This document shows positions 1-14,337 of a DNA stretch of 64,000 bases, piece after piece (the stretch's first letter is position 1; each line of letters begins with the position of its first letter). Source of the stretch: Eledone cirrhosa (lineage: Eukaryota); NCBI GenBank assembly GCA_964016885.1, contig OZ024740.1:398102001-398166000 (forward strand), given 5' to 3'. The notes beneath the pieces were generated by a model, which worked only from the letters and a program-made list of their open reading frames with translations, had not been told where the DNA came from and did no database searches. The position numbers and the translations under genes were made by a program.

Positions 1-146
1 TGATATCTATGCTTGAAACTTTTTTTTAAGTGAAGAAAGGCCTTGCACTGGACCAATCCCACTTCTTGAACAATGGTATCCAAAAAGAACAGATGAACAT
101 CATTGGCTGCCATCGAGTCGCAGATTTTACATACATACATACATGA

Positions 147-428
147 TGGCCATTACATGATATAACATTATTAATAACTATCAATTAATTCTATCGTGCA
201 ATGCCTGTGCGTGAAGATTTTTTAAAAAGTGAGGAAAGACTGTGCATGAGCCAATCCCACTGTCTGAACCACAGTAGCTATAACCCGAAAAGAAGAAAAG
301 ATCAACATCATCGGTAACTACTGAGCCGCAGGTTTTATGTCAGAGTTATCCCAGTTTCCCGAGTTGCCTTCTCCTAGAAGAATACCCCGACAAAGGCTAG
401 GGGTCCTTCACTCCCAGTGGTTTAACCG
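147..428 (-). repeat. Interspersed repeat, inverted copy of 52438-52722; possibly an RTE-type LINE 5' region
   Basis: Near-identical reverse-complement match to 52438-52722. RTE assignment rests on a recalled resemblance of the GAGAAGG..AACTC..AAACC tract only. Confidence 0.45.
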
Positions 429-470
429 CGCCATCGGGTATCCAGCCCCATTATTTCTATGTCCCCGCAC

Positions 471-972
<502 letters not shown>

Positions 973-1241
973 TATATATATATATATAATACAAATAGTG
1001 AAAACAATGAAATTAAACAAAATACGGGTAATTCATAGTAAAACTCATTATTTTACGATCGTTTCTGGGGGGGGGGGTAGTTCTCCGTATGTTCATTCTA
1101 TTAGTGGTCTATGTAAAATATATTACAAATTATCAAAGTAAGAAAATATACATACATCTTCCCTTCAGAATTAATGAGTTTTTTTTATTGTGTGTATGTA
1201 TGTATATACACACACACACACACACACGTATATATATATAT

Positions 1242-1329
1242 TAGAAAGTGAGGTTTTTTTACAAAATGAAAAATAACCGGTGTCCTACACGAGTGAAAGT
1301 ATAAAGAAAAAAAGATGAAATCGAAAATG

Positions 1330-1387
<58 letters not shown>

Positions 1388-1560
1388 AAAAAAAGATGAA
1401 ATCGAAAATGCAACTGGAGTCTTATTAAAAAATATATATATATATTTATTTAGTTCCTTTAACGGTTTCGCAGTTCTTCTGCTTTTCAAAAGTAGAGTTG
1501 AGATGGAGGGTCTGTGGTTTTTCTCACATCAGATGTGAGAAAAACTACAGACCCTCCATT
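1242..1560 (-). mobile_element. Inverted PLE-type terminal segment (same family as 28102-28455) with a terminal hairpin
   Basis: Matches 28102-28306. Hairpin 1504-1558 is centred near 1531. The minus strand carries a GAAACCGTTA half-hammerhead. Confidence 0.65.
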
Positions 1561-2671
1561 GAATCTCAATACAGAAACGATTAAACCGTTCCATAAACTA
1601 AATGAGAACCTTAAACATGTAAATACGAGTTCTAACCATCCACTCTCTATAATTAAATCCATCCCTAGAAATGTTTCTCTTAGAATCTCCCGCCTGTCGT
1701 CCAACCAACAAACCTTCAAAGAACATGCCGAATATTATGATGATGCACTTAGGAAAGCCGGACACCTAGATAATATAGAGTATATAGTCGAAGATCACCA
1801 AAACACCCAAAATAAATGAGTAGAAATAGCACAGAATCACCACCATACATACACTACCGCAATAGACACAATAATAGTCGCACACCACCAAACAGAAGGC
1901 GATGTAAAGAGTATATTTGGTACAACCTGGTCTATAACAACTCTATTAAAACCAATCTACCCTCACAATTCTTTCGATTAGTTAAAAAAACACTTTCCAG
2001 CATCACATAAATATAATAAAATCTTAAACCCTAACACTATTCGACTTTCATATTCAACCGCCCCTAATATTGAACATATAAAAAAGCTTCACGCAAAACG
2101 GTTGTATAAACGCCTTCCAACACATAATAATACACGTAAAACATTAGCTATAACATCACAAAACAACAAACAACATCCTGTCCTACCTAAGAAACCTCAT
2201 CAACCCATCCATGACAATACAACAACGCAAAATTATAACTGTAACTGTGTCCAACCAGGAATGTGTCCGTTGAACAATCAGTGTCTTGAACGCAACATCA
2301 TATACAAATGTACTATCGAATCGGATAGGCAGAAGTGGTACTATGTGGGATCTACAGCCACCTCCTTCAAATCACGCCTTTATAGGCATCGTTACTCGAT
2401 AAAACATGAAAACCAGCGTTATGTAACAACACTCGCAGACAAGGCTTGGCAGCTGCGTGAAAATAACCAACAATTTAACCTAAAATGGGATATAATAGTG
2501 GTTGCCCCTCCATAATTCCACGGACAGGAATTTTGTAAATTATGTAATATGGAATTATTTTGTATTATGAAATCCAAAAACATTTTATTAAATAACAGAA
2601 TAGAGCGATCGTTATACTGTAACCATCGCTTAAAATCTACATTTTCATATTACAAATACTACCAGGATTGA
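1560..2671 (+). pseudogene. 5'-truncated Penelope-like element, Naiad-like: RT thumb, Cys linker and GIY-YIG endonuclease, disrupted
   Basis: ORFs 1514-1819, 1816-2010 and 2102-2515 contain SNHP..IIKSIP, WYNLVYN, CNC-x5-CPLNNQCL, IIYKC...YVGST and a C-terminal CKLC. Stops and frameshifts are present. The 3' UTR probably runs to about 3760. Confidence 0.85.
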
Positions 2672-2859
2672 ACGCCTGTCTCCATCTCCGTTTGATTGTC
2701 AAAACACATATTAACATTCTCTATTAGTCTTAATTCTATCAACTCTTCTATTATTTACCATTTAATATAAACTGCTATAGATAAAATGAGATTTCTGATT
2801 TCTTAATTCAATTCCCTAATGCATATACCAGCTGGCTACTAACATTATGTTATTCAGTA

Positions 2860-3171
2860 GCGGTGGATTGGCAGTATCGGTAGAGAATCGGACGCCATGC
2901 TTTCCAGCATAGTTACGTCCCTTTACGGTCTGAGTTCAAATCCCGTCGAGGTTAACTTTGCCTTTCATCCTTACGGGGTCGATAAAATAAAGTACCAGTA
3001 ATGTACTGGGTAATTGCTGGCCTTGTGCCTAAAGTAGAAACAATTATGTTAACTTTGTGCCTAAAGTAGAAACAATTATGTTAACTTTGCCTTTCATCCT
3101 TACGGGGTCGATAAAATAAAGTACCAGTAATGTACTGGGTAATTGCTGGCCTTGTGCCTAAAGTAGAAACA
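2860..3171 (+). mobile_element. tRNA-derived SINE with a duplicated 3' half
   Basis: A-box TGGCAGTATCGG, B-box GAGTTCAAATCC. TSD ATTATGTTATTCAGTAGC at 2844-2861 and 3172-3189. Confidence 0.85.
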
Positions 3172-4048
3172 ATTATGTTATTCAGTAGCAGTCGAAATCT
3201 CCCCCTTCCTCAATTGACACTTTATAATTAATACTACTACACCAAATGACCAGCCCTGTCCACTGTTCAATTGGTCAAGTATAGATTAAAATAGGCACTC
3301 CCAAAAATTCTTATTTAGATAAAATAAACCTTTTACTCATTGTATTCTCATTAGAAACCCTTTATATACTTGTTTAGCTGTAAATTGAATTACCATCTGT
3401 CATATACCCTCCCCTCTCTTCTTCCTCTATTACAACTAATATAAATACTTCAATTTTTCTGATTTTATCCAATTTATCCAAAATCTCTGAAGAAGTGACA
3501 ACTGATTATACATTTTCTATCGAATACTTGCTAACATTATGTGATTACGCAAGCAGCGATACATAGGTATTCCGTCTGTTACAGAAACATATGTCAATAC
3601 CTAATAAATTCCTTTTTAAAAAAAGCACTTTCATTTTATATTCATCTTTTCTACATTTTCTCCGGAATATAATTTATACTCGTTGAGCAAACCTACACGT
3701 ACGCTGTTCATCTCTAACGTAACGATATATTATCACTACATTATTGATAACCTTAAATTTTTATATATATATATATATATATTTATTAAAATAACAGATT
3801 AAAGTTTAAGCAAAGAATCGTTGCTTTCACCCTTAACGGGTATATACATATTTACACATTTTTGGATGGCCGTTGACTCTTATGAGTTCTTCTGCCCTTT
3901 GTCAGGTTTTGTTTTTGTCCTGCAGGGAGACCAAAATCTCCCTCCTTACCAAGTAAACTTGGTGGGTTGCTGGTTTAATCGCCGACGAACCGACCATGCA
4001 ACAGGTTGTACTGGGTTACATGTTACCAGTAGCACTCAAGAGAGACCC

Positions 4049-4183
<135 letters not shown>

Positions 4184-4189
4184 ATATAA

Positions 4190-5213
4190 TGGCGATGAAT
4201 TAGTTTTGCGAGGTTTTTGATATGAAATCGTGCGTCGAAACAAATATTGTTATACTTGGGGACGGTCACATTTGTGTAATAATATTGCCAGAATTAATAA
4301 CAGAACACACCCACTGTTTGGTTGGTTTTCGCTTCTGTGTCTTTTATATCGGTTAATTTAATTTATTCGCTCCTCAATGTTACCATTGACTGCCCAACGG
4401 TCAAACATACAGATATAATATAGACACAAACACATATATATATAGTCTAACAAAGTTCTTTCGTTGCACATCTGCAACATCGTCAGTGGTGCTATTGTTT
4501 CCGCCTGTTGTATTATATGCCTACGCCATCTTTATTTAGTCTGTTTATTTATTTATTTATTTATTTTTGTCTTCTCTACGCATGCGTTTGCGCGTGTGTA
4601 TAGTGTTTGATGTGTGTTCGTGTTTGGGTGACTGTGTATTGGTTATTGTATTGTATCTTAGTTTACTAGTGTGTATTTATATGTGTTTGTTGTTGTTGTG
4701 CTTGTGTATGTATTTATTTATTTATTTATACTTCTCTTAGGTCAGTATTGTTTGTTTGGGTGTTGTTGTTATTCCATTCATTTTTTAAATTTTCTGTTTA
4801 GCCTTGGCCTTCTAAGTTCTATTTCGCTGGCCTCTCTGATTTACCTATCTACTGGGTCATTTCTATGTTTAGATATTATTCCAATTTCTATGTTGTCTAT
4901 GTTACCGTCGTGTTGTTGTCTGGCATGTTCGTATAGTACTGAACCGTTTTTTCGTCCTTTTAGTTCCCCCAGTGTTGGTCTATCCTTTCACCTATGCTAC
5001 GAGCTGTCTCGCCTATGTATGTTGTTGTCATGTTTCTGCAAGTACCCTCTGTACATCTTATGCTATAGACTACGTTTCTAGTTTTACAGTTTATCCGTTT
5101 ATCTAGTTTTTACAGTTTATTCTAGTTTTACAGTTTACAGTGAGTGTGTTCTGTTATTAATTCTGGCAATATTATTACACAAATATGACCCTCCCCAAGT
5201 ATAACAATATTTG
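4190..5213 (-). mobile_element. 5'-truncated Neptune-like PLE (GIY-YIG end and 3' UTR) with an inverted terminal segment at the 5' junction
   Basis: Homologous to 55522-56310. 5136-5213 is the reverse complement of 4241-4317. CTGACGA-stem II-GAAA core on the minus strand at 4459-4486. Confidence 0.8.
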
Positions 5214-5376
5214 TATATATATATATATATATAGTATTAAGGATACTATTTATGGTTATGTATATACTAAAACCTTTTATAGTTATATATATTTTAAACC
5301 CTAAATAGTGAAAGACTACCAGTAAGATAAATAGCTCAATGTAATAACATCAGTTGTTCTACAGAGCAGTTATATA

Positions 5377-5461
<85 letters not shown>

Positions 5462-5967
5462 CATATATATATATACGTATATATTTACATACATATATAT
5501 ACATACATACATACATACATACATACATACATACATACATACATACATACATACATACATACACAAATGCATGCATGCATACATATACCTCTGTTCCCAT
5601 TATTGACTCTAAATATACTAAAGCTGCAACCAAATGTAATCTTTTCCCTGCCACAGTCGTTGAATTATAATAAAAACTATTTATAATTCTGCTGGGTTTA
5701 CTGATAAATGATTTTGCTCTCAAGAATCGTGTGATTCGTTTGAAGCCAACAGTAAAATCTTCTAGGTCTTTCTGGGATTGCTAAATGTTATTAGTCACAT
5801 CTGAACGTAACAGGTGCATTGCTTCCAAATTGAGTGTTTACTGTGGTGATGTCCTATATTTTTTAGTGCTTTATTTTTCTTTGTGCCTTTAATCTCGTCT
5901 TAATCCTCTTTCTCAACTAAGAATGTACGATAGACAGGCAGGCAGACAGATAGCTAGATAGAAGAGT

Positions 5968-6028
<61 letters not shown>

Positions 6029-6776
6029 TACATAGATAGACAAAGAAACGGGGACACCCCACCCACACACTTTCACACACAGATAGATTGACAAATATAA
6101 TTATGTGAACAGATAAATAACTTACTAGATGTTAAAAAAAGAACGTTAACGGCATCAATGTCATTAGTGAGAGAGAGCCTATGAAAATCAAACCAATAAA
6201 TAGAAATACATACAGATAGTTAGAGAGAGTTGGCATATTGCGAGATATAGAAAGTATGAACACAGCAAAATACGTAAAATGAAAGCAAATAAAAGAGAGG
6301 GAGAGAGGGAAGGAGCGCGAGCGAGCGAGAGAGAGGGAGGGAGAGCGAGAGGGAGGGAGAGTGAGCGAGAGCGAGAGAGGGAGAGTGCGCGAGCGAGACA
6401 GAGAGGGAGAGAGAGAGAGAGATTCTTAAGAAATATTTAGATAGAAAGATAAACGGAATGCAAGAAATGGTGGAAAGTTCTATATATAATACTGATAGTG
6501 TAAAGCCAGCGTGTGTCACAGTCACATCTTTGTTTTTATAGCTTTATGTTGTTTCTGACAAGTGGTTAATACAGTAATTGAAGTACTGACACTAAGACGA
6601 TAGTAGTGGGTGGTTGGTCATAGGGGATGTCAGTGATGGTGGTGGGTGTGATATAGGGGTGGTGTAGTTATAATCGTGGCGGTGATGGTGGTGGTTATGG
6701 TTGTAGTCATAGCAGTAGTTTTGGTGGCATGTTACTCGTAGTTGTATTGGTGGTGGGGTTGGTAGCGTCAAATAAT

Positions 6777-6997
6777 TGTTTCTACTTTGGGCACAAGGCC
6801 AGCAATTTGAAAGGAAGGGGAAAGTCGATTAAATCGACCCCAATGCATTACTGTTATTTTATTTTATCGACCCAGTAAGGATGAAAGACGTAGCTTAGCT
6901 CGGTGGGATTTGAACTCAGAATGTAAAGGCTCGTAACTATATACCACAAAGCATGTGGTCCGACGCTCTACCGATACTGCCAATTCATCGCCCTTAA
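6777..6997 (-). mobile_element. tRNA-SINE, longer variant
   Basis: SINE homology. TSD GTAGCGTCAAATAAT at 6762-6776 and 6998-7012. Confidence 0.85.
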
Positions 6998-8374
6998 GTA
7001 GCGTCAAATAATGGCTGGTTATTGTTGTTTAGTCAAGAATGAATTATTTTGAATCCAACCCACTCCAGTAATGATCTTGTTAGATATCATCATAATTATT
7101 TTTCTCAATTCTAGCATCTTAACCGGAGTTGACTACCTTTAGAAAACAAATTTCCTCCTATTCTTGAGGATTCATAACTCTTGATGGAAATATAGGAACA
7201 CTTTAAACTCGACAAAGACAAGGCCCTCTCCATCTCTGAACTCAGTCGATTTATTCCAGAGAGGGGGAAAGAGGAAGTGAGAAAGATATATAGAAAACGA
7301 TTTGCCCCTAGCACTGGACTCGACTTCGAAAGGATGAAGGCAAAGTTGATCTTGGCAGAGACGAAACTAATATCGCAAAGCATTCTATCTGACATTCTAA
7401 CGACTCTGCCAAGTAATTCTGGCTTCTAAAGTAATTCTGGCTTCTAAAGCCTTTTATACTTTTTCTATTCGGTATATAATTTAGATTTTCAACGCTATTT
7501 AAGTCGTTCTAAATAAAGTACTTTGCTGGTGACATTTTAGAGGTATTAAGGTTCCAATTTTCATTTACTTTATTAGGTACCATTTCCAGAGATTCTTTCA
7601 CAATTAATTATTTCCTGTACGGTCTTTCGTGACCACATTTTTACAATCACTGATATGTATTTTCAATATTTCTCCAACTCTACATTGTTCTTTTAATCAG
7701 AACTCTAGTTACTTTAGGTACTCTCTTGATATTTTTGCTCGCTACAGCAATAACTCTCCTATTCTATCTTAGGTTATATCTTATTATTCTCATTGCGGTA
7801 GCGTTCATACTATTTTTCTGTTCTTTATTTGCAGTCATGGTCATGTTTTTAAGGAATTCGCTTCGCAGATACGTAGTTTCCAATTCGACCCTATTGTATA
7901 AAACCTGGAGTAAGTGTCTTTCACACCAGCCTCAAATCAATAAATGCCATGGGAGTGAAATTTGTCTGATGGAATTTGTGTGCAATCCCGTTGGAGAGAT
8001 TGTTCCTATTCCTTAGGTGGCGAACTTAATTCGTTACCTTGTTCAGCATTTTCACCTGAACACAGGCTGCTTTTAACGCAGTGCTCTCTGTTACAAGCAT
8101 TCGCAACGTTAGATGATAACAACCTCTCTTACTCCCACAAGTTTCAGAGTCCTTTAAAAAGGGTCATGGGTGCTATCATTGATACTCTGACTAGGGTGTT
8201 AAAAAATCATGTTTTCCATACAACTCTCAGTGAACGATCTACGCAATATCATCATACCCCCCACCCACGAGACAGATTACCACATTCAATTATCAAATTA
8301 GCAAGATTATTACTGTTTTTGAAAAGCATTCTACAGAGATATTTAATTGTTTTATTTAAATGGAATTTTATGTA

Positions 8375-8557
8375 CTGTATTTCCCGGCGCCGAAGATGCC
8401 ACGCCCTCGAGAACGCACCGTAATTTTGACAAACAAAAATTTGAAAAAAATAATCAGAATAAACATATGAATGCAACCTCCGGCCTCCAGGAAGCATGGT
8501 AAATTTTTCAGACTTATTTTAGGAAAAAAGTAGCGTCTTCGACGCCAGGAAATATGG
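8375..8557. mobile_element. Tc1/pogo-type MITE
   Basis: About 25-bp imperfect TIRs (CTGTATTTCCCGGCGCCGAAGATGC / GCGTCTTCGACGCCAGGAAATATGG) with TA on both sides. Confidence 0.7.
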
Positions 8558-8897
8558 TAATTAGTTTTCAAGTCTTCTATCAGTGTTTCAGTCTCATTAT
8601 CCATGACTATTGATCCATCTACATAAAAACTATCCATTTTCTTTTCTTGCCAAAACGTTGCCTGCTTATTATTATTATTATTATTATTATTGGTCTAAGC
8701 GGACGTATTTTGCTCGCTCACAGTAAGTCGCTTTATTTGCCTGTTTAAATTATTTGTTGTTAAATATTTCTTGTTGTGTAAGGGATATAAGCCCTTAGAC
8801 TTTGCCCCGTGAAGGGGAAAGTATAATATTTGGGCCTTTTGGCCCAAATATTTGAATTTTTTTTTACATGTTAAAAAATTTACGAAGAAAAAAAAAC

Positions 8898-10885
8898 ATG
8901 GCTGAGCCACGCCCCCAGCGATATGTCGGCTGTCGTGCGACAACGACGTAGAAGTTGAGAGGAGAGCTACAGTGAAATTAACACACATTGATAACAAAAA
9001 CACCACTACAAACAAGGTAAACAAAGACACCAATGATACCAATAAGAACTCTAATTTGAAAAAAAATGACAATAACAGCGACAACGAAAATACAGATAAC
9101 AAAAAAAAAAATAACAAATACAACAACAATATAAACACCACTAACATGAAAACAAATAGCGACAACACCAACAGCAACAATACCAACTGCACCGAGAACA
9201 ACGGTGGCAACAAAGACAACAATGATAACAGCGACAGTGCTAACAACAACACCAACAAGAACAACGTCAACAACACCCCCAACGAAAACAAGACCACTTT
9301 CGCTGCGGCAGCAGCAAAAAAGAGGCCATGCTTCAACATGGACCTCTCAAACAAAGATGAAAAGTTGGCCTAGGCATGGAAGCTCATCAAGCGAGAGCAA
9401 ACTTGGGCCAACTTAACTGTCCCGGTAGAAGCTATTGAGGCAGTGGAGCGCAAAACGATGCATTATAGATGCATCTCACCACAGACCAAAAGGGCAGCGT
9501 TAATCCCACAAGAAGATATCGAAGTCGCGCTGAGGTGCATCAGAGAAGACACCCAGTACATAGAGAGGGACAGACAGTACGGCACCATTTCGGTGTTGTT
9601 CAAGTCAGAAGTCATCGCGATGAAACACGCCATGACTCCTTGCAAAACCAGCAAGGTCATAATGTACCCCTCCCACATGGGAAAAAGAACGGCTCGTCTC
9701 CGCATTCCCAGAATTCCACCAGGACTTGACATGTGGTGGCTTCTGGGATGTGTGATTGTGGATGGGACGGATACAGTCCCTATAGAAGTGACCAGACGGG
9801 TCAGAGAGGACTGGTCCGGGGTTGACCTGGAGATCCTTCTCCAGATCAGGCCCGAGAATGTGAAGACAATCCCAGACCATATCCGACTTCAGAATGGGAC
9901 TGTCATTCACATTATGACCGAAGGCAAAAGGCCGCAGTGTTTTGTTTGTGGGGAAAAAACCAATTTGCAAGCCTTCTGCCCTCAACTGCTGAAAGAGGCA
10001 AGGGGTCGAAAGGCTCCACTGCTGCCGACGCCGGGGCGAGGACTACAACCAACACCTGCACCGGCAAAACCACCAACAACAACACCAATAGAAAAAACAC
10101 CTTCAACATTGACCACCCAGGGGGGAAACGAGGAAAGCTGTCAAATTCTCCCCCCCCCCCCCAAAAAAAAAACACACACACGCACCAATAAAACCTTAAA
10201 CATACATACAAACACACTTACAGACACAGACCCCTCAGCTACCAGTAGTGAAGATGAGGGAAATCCAAAATCACCCAAAATACAAAAAAAGGAAACACAA
10301 AAAGAAAAAAAAACTCAACAAAGCACAAAAGCACCCACAATAAAAAACGCAGACACCACCCACGCAAACATCTCCCCAATAACACCAACATCAACACCAC
10401 CATCACCATCACCAGAATCCCCCAAACGAAAACAACCGAAACAGACGCAAGAACAAATATACACACACACATCTGAAACCACAGACATCGCACTCACAGC
10501 AAACACAGATACAACCGAAACAACACCACCAAATCCATCACCACCACAGTCACGCAAACAAATAAAATCACACCAACAAAACATACAAAACTTCGTGCTC
10601 GTCAGGAGGGCCAACAAGGAACTGATGGCCCTCGTAGCACGAAGTGAAAATATACAAAAAGAGGGGGAAATGTTTAAATCGAGCACATTTCGCGTGCCGG
10701 AAGATTTGGTTCTGGTGCGAATGTCGCTCGACATATTCAAAGAAATACGAGACAGCTTTCCTCGGGACGTGGGAACCCCGAACGTAAAACCCACTTCAAG
10801 ACTTTTAAAGGGGTTCCCAAAAGAAACCCCACTAACTATGGAGGTCGAACAACCCGACCTTCACAAGAGCCCGGAAGGTAAGTAA
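8898..10885 (+). pseudogene. Tx1-A ORF1 (gag-like; zinc knuckle; Asn-rich and Pro/Thr-rich regions), disrupted
   Basis: ATG at 8898, an early frameshift and an in-frame TAG at 9371-9373. CFVCGEKTNLQAFCP is a CCHC knuckle with H>N. Confidence 0.8.
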
Positions 10886-10916
10886 ACCTTCCTCTTTCTC
10901 TGTTTAACCTGCCAAC

Positions 10917-13900
10917 ATGGCCGTATTAAGAGTAGGATGTTTAAATGTTCGAGGCCTGGGATCGTCCTGGAAGCAGGGTCACCTGCTCAACGACCTCAGG
11001 TCTATAGAAATGGATGTAATTGCAGTCAGTGAGACCAGGATTTCCGACACGCGCGCCCTAGCCTCCATTTTCGACGACTATCAGATCTTTGCATCTGTTA
11101 GCCAGCCGGGAATGGGGGGCGGGGTGGCAGTGCTGTTTAGGAAAGGCCTGGATCTCGAGGTAAGGTTGATCTTCCGAGACCCGGACGGGAAGTTGGTGGT
11201 CCTGGACGTGAACAATAATGAAGGTGGTGCCTTTAGACTGGTGGCCGTCTATGCTCCTACTAGGGCAGGACGGCCGGACCTCTTTAGACGCCTGGAAGCC
11301 TTTCTGGGTACGTCTCGCCCTTTACTGTTAGCGGGGGACTGGAACGGCATCTTAGACGCACGCTGGGACTGTGTGGGAGTATCCAATAGGAGCGGGGGGT
11401 GCAAAAGCCTCAAGAACCTGATCAGCCAGTTCCAACTGTCTGACAGGTACCGACTAGATTTCCCTAATGCGCCAGTGTCGACTTGGGCTAACCGCATAGG
11501 GTCATCTAGATCGTATATAGACAGGATATTCATTAGGAAAATAGACAGAAATAGTGTAAGCTGTCCACGTTTTGAAACGGTCGCCTATTCAGATCACAAG
11601 TTTGTCATCTGTATGGTCGACCTGGATAAGACGCGTAGGTTAGGACCTGGTTACTGGAAGCTAAACATGTAATTTCCGGCACGTAAGGCTTACAGGGACC
11701 AGGTCAACAATTTAGTTAAGAAAAAGTTGACAGGGGGAGCGTCAACAATAGATGGTGGGGGGCTCTCAAAAGAGAGATTAGAGTAATGTCGATAGAGTTT
11801 AGCAAAGAAGTAGCATTAGAGAAAAATAGAAAGGAGGGAGAGTTGGTAGATAAGTTAGACGAGGCTATTGGTAGTGGCATTGCAACTGATGTGCTAGCGG
11901 CGAGAATGGCATTAGACCATTTCTTCAATGCGAAACACGAAGGTTGCATTGTTAAAGCTAAGGCGCGTGCTCTGAGAAACGAGGGAACCAAAGCTGTCCG
12001 ATGGGCCCGCGTGGCAGAGGCGCAGCGTGGTAATAAAACCACGATTCGGTCTTTGACGGACCGAGACGGGCTCCAGCTGAGCGATTCCAAGAGGATGTGT
12101 GAGGCCTTTCGTAAACATTTTGCTCGGTTGTTCGGGGGAAGTGGCGGGTCAAAGGTGGTGGCGGACTTCAGTCCCTACCTCGATGGCTTGCCGCAACTCT
12201 CGACGGCTGACGCTGGGCGCTGCGAAAGGCCAATTACTTCAGCCGAGATTCAGGATGCCCTTGTAGGCTGCATGAGGCGCAAGTCACCCGGTTTGGATGG
12301 CCTGTCCTACGAGCTTTACGTAAATATGCCAGACTTGTTCTCCAATCTCCTCGAAGCGCTCTACTGCAACTGGCAGCAAAACGGGAGTATTCCCAGTTCT
12401 GTGAGCCGGGGCGTAGTGACGCTGATAAGGAAAGACGAGAACAAGAGGGACACATTAGACAATTCAGGCCCATAACCCTGCTCAACACAGAGTTTAAGAT
12501 TTTGGCCAGGGTGTTAGCGAAGAGGTTGGCGCTTGTCGTCGGAGATTTGGTTGGAGAGGCGCAAACTTGCGCAATCCCAACCAGGTCCATACACGACAAT
12601 CTCCACCTAATGCGATACATCACAGAGAGGGTAGGGTGTAAACCTGGCTTCGGTGGGGCTCTGATCAATTTAGATCAATCGAAAGAATTCGATAGGGTCG
12701 ACCATCGTTACCTGGAGGCTGTCCTCAAGGCGGCTGGCTTCGGCGACCATCTTCAGAAGCTGGATTGTTGCAATGCACAGCGGCACCTGCTCGATGGTCA
12801 AAAATAATGGCCACCTCTCGGAACCGTTTCAGGTCTCCCGATCGGTCCGTCAAGGGTGCCCTCTCTCCTCCCTTCTGTACGTATTGACTCTCGAGCCTTT
12901 ACTGCGGAAGCTGGAGCTGTTGCAGGGCATCCCGCTCGAACCGGGACGCGGAAAGGCTGTGTCAGCTTATGCGGACGACATCACCGTGATGGTGTCGGAC
13001 ACCTCAGAAATCGAGGTGGTTGGAAACTTATTGGAGGAATATGAAAGGTTGACGGGAGCAAAATTTAACCCGGAAAAGTCAGTGGGCTTGCAACTCGGCA
13101 CCTGGAGAGGCAAGTCCATGCCGTCCAACAGCGTCGTTAGGCGCTGGACGGACGGACCGGTAAAGTTTCTAGGGGTTTGGTTCGGGCCAGACCTCCAGGT
13201 GGATAAGAATTGGGATGAGGTGACGGGCAGGGTAGTCAGTCTCACCCAGAAATGGGCTGGGATGAAGCTATCACTGAAAGGTCGGGCGGAGGTGGCGAAC
13301 GCGTACATCGCGTCCGTCATCTACTACCGTCTGACTGTCGTCCCTTGCCCCCGTTCGCGCCTCGCCATCTTGGAGCGGCTCCTCTTCAAATTCTTGTGGA
13401 GGGTCAGGTTCCGCTGGTGAGGCGGTCCATCTGCTGCCAGCACCCTCTACGCGGAGGGCTGGGCATGCCGTGGCTAATGATGCGCAGGCACGCGCTGAGG
13501 CTGCGGCATTTTCAGATATTCTGCCTAAACGGTGAACAGGTGTGGTCGCCGTTTGTTAGACTGGCCTTTCCGCAGCTCGTTTCTTTGACTGAGTTGCAGT
13601 CCTGGGTCAAGAAGAGACCGAGACTGGGTGACTGGCATCTGGAATGTTGCCAGGCACTCACTGCCCTCTACCCGGCGGGCACTGTGGTCAGTGGAACTTC
13701 CACTCTCGAGTTCTATAGAGGATTAGTGATGGGCAAGTGCGACGACGCACTCGGAGAGGCTCTGGGAGCCAACGAAGTCGAACTAACCAGTCTGTACCGG
13801 AGGACTTTCGAGCCGGAGACGATGGATAATTTCCAAAAATCCCTCGCTTGGCAGTGCTACCGGGGGGCACTGCCGGTTCGAGATAAACTCTACAGGCACG

Positions 13901-14337
13901 GAAGTGCTGTCAGACGGACCTGCCCGAGATGCGCGCAGAGCGACGAAACCGTTCTGCACGCACTCGTCCAGTGTCCATGCATTACTGACTTGTGGAGTTA
14001 TGTTGAACAGCTGTTGTCGCGTGTAGAACGGATCCGGCTATCGGCCGAATCCATAGTGAAGATTGACCCGCCGCCTTCTTTTGGCCAGGAAGGGCAGGCA
14101 ATTTTCCTCTGTCTGGTGGCAGTAGCGAAAGAGGTTGTATGGTGGACGAGGTTGAAAGGACTGAAGACAGACACTTTTCTCTTCGGCCAATCCCTCATCA
14201 ACTTTTTCAAGTTTCACTTGGAAAGGAAGGTGAGGGTGGAGAGAGAAGTGCTGCCCCCCAGTAAATTTGCTGAAAGGTGGGTGAATGTGGCGAGAATGGC
14301 CCGTGTGAGTGGGCCTACTCTGGTCATGCGGCTGTAG
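10917..14337 (+). pseudogene. Tx1-A ORF2: APE endonuclease, RT and C-terminal zinc finger, disrupted
   Basis: LNVRGL, SETR, VYAP, GDWN, IDR, SDH; KSPGLDG, DQSKEFDRVDH, RQGCPLS, YADD; CPRC..ETVLHALVQC. One stop and several frameshifts. Confidence 0.92.

Noticed and set aside
2860-2950. tRNA gene (A and B boxes)
   Set aside because: It is the head of a multi-copy SINE with TSDs, and no proper cloverleaf is visible.
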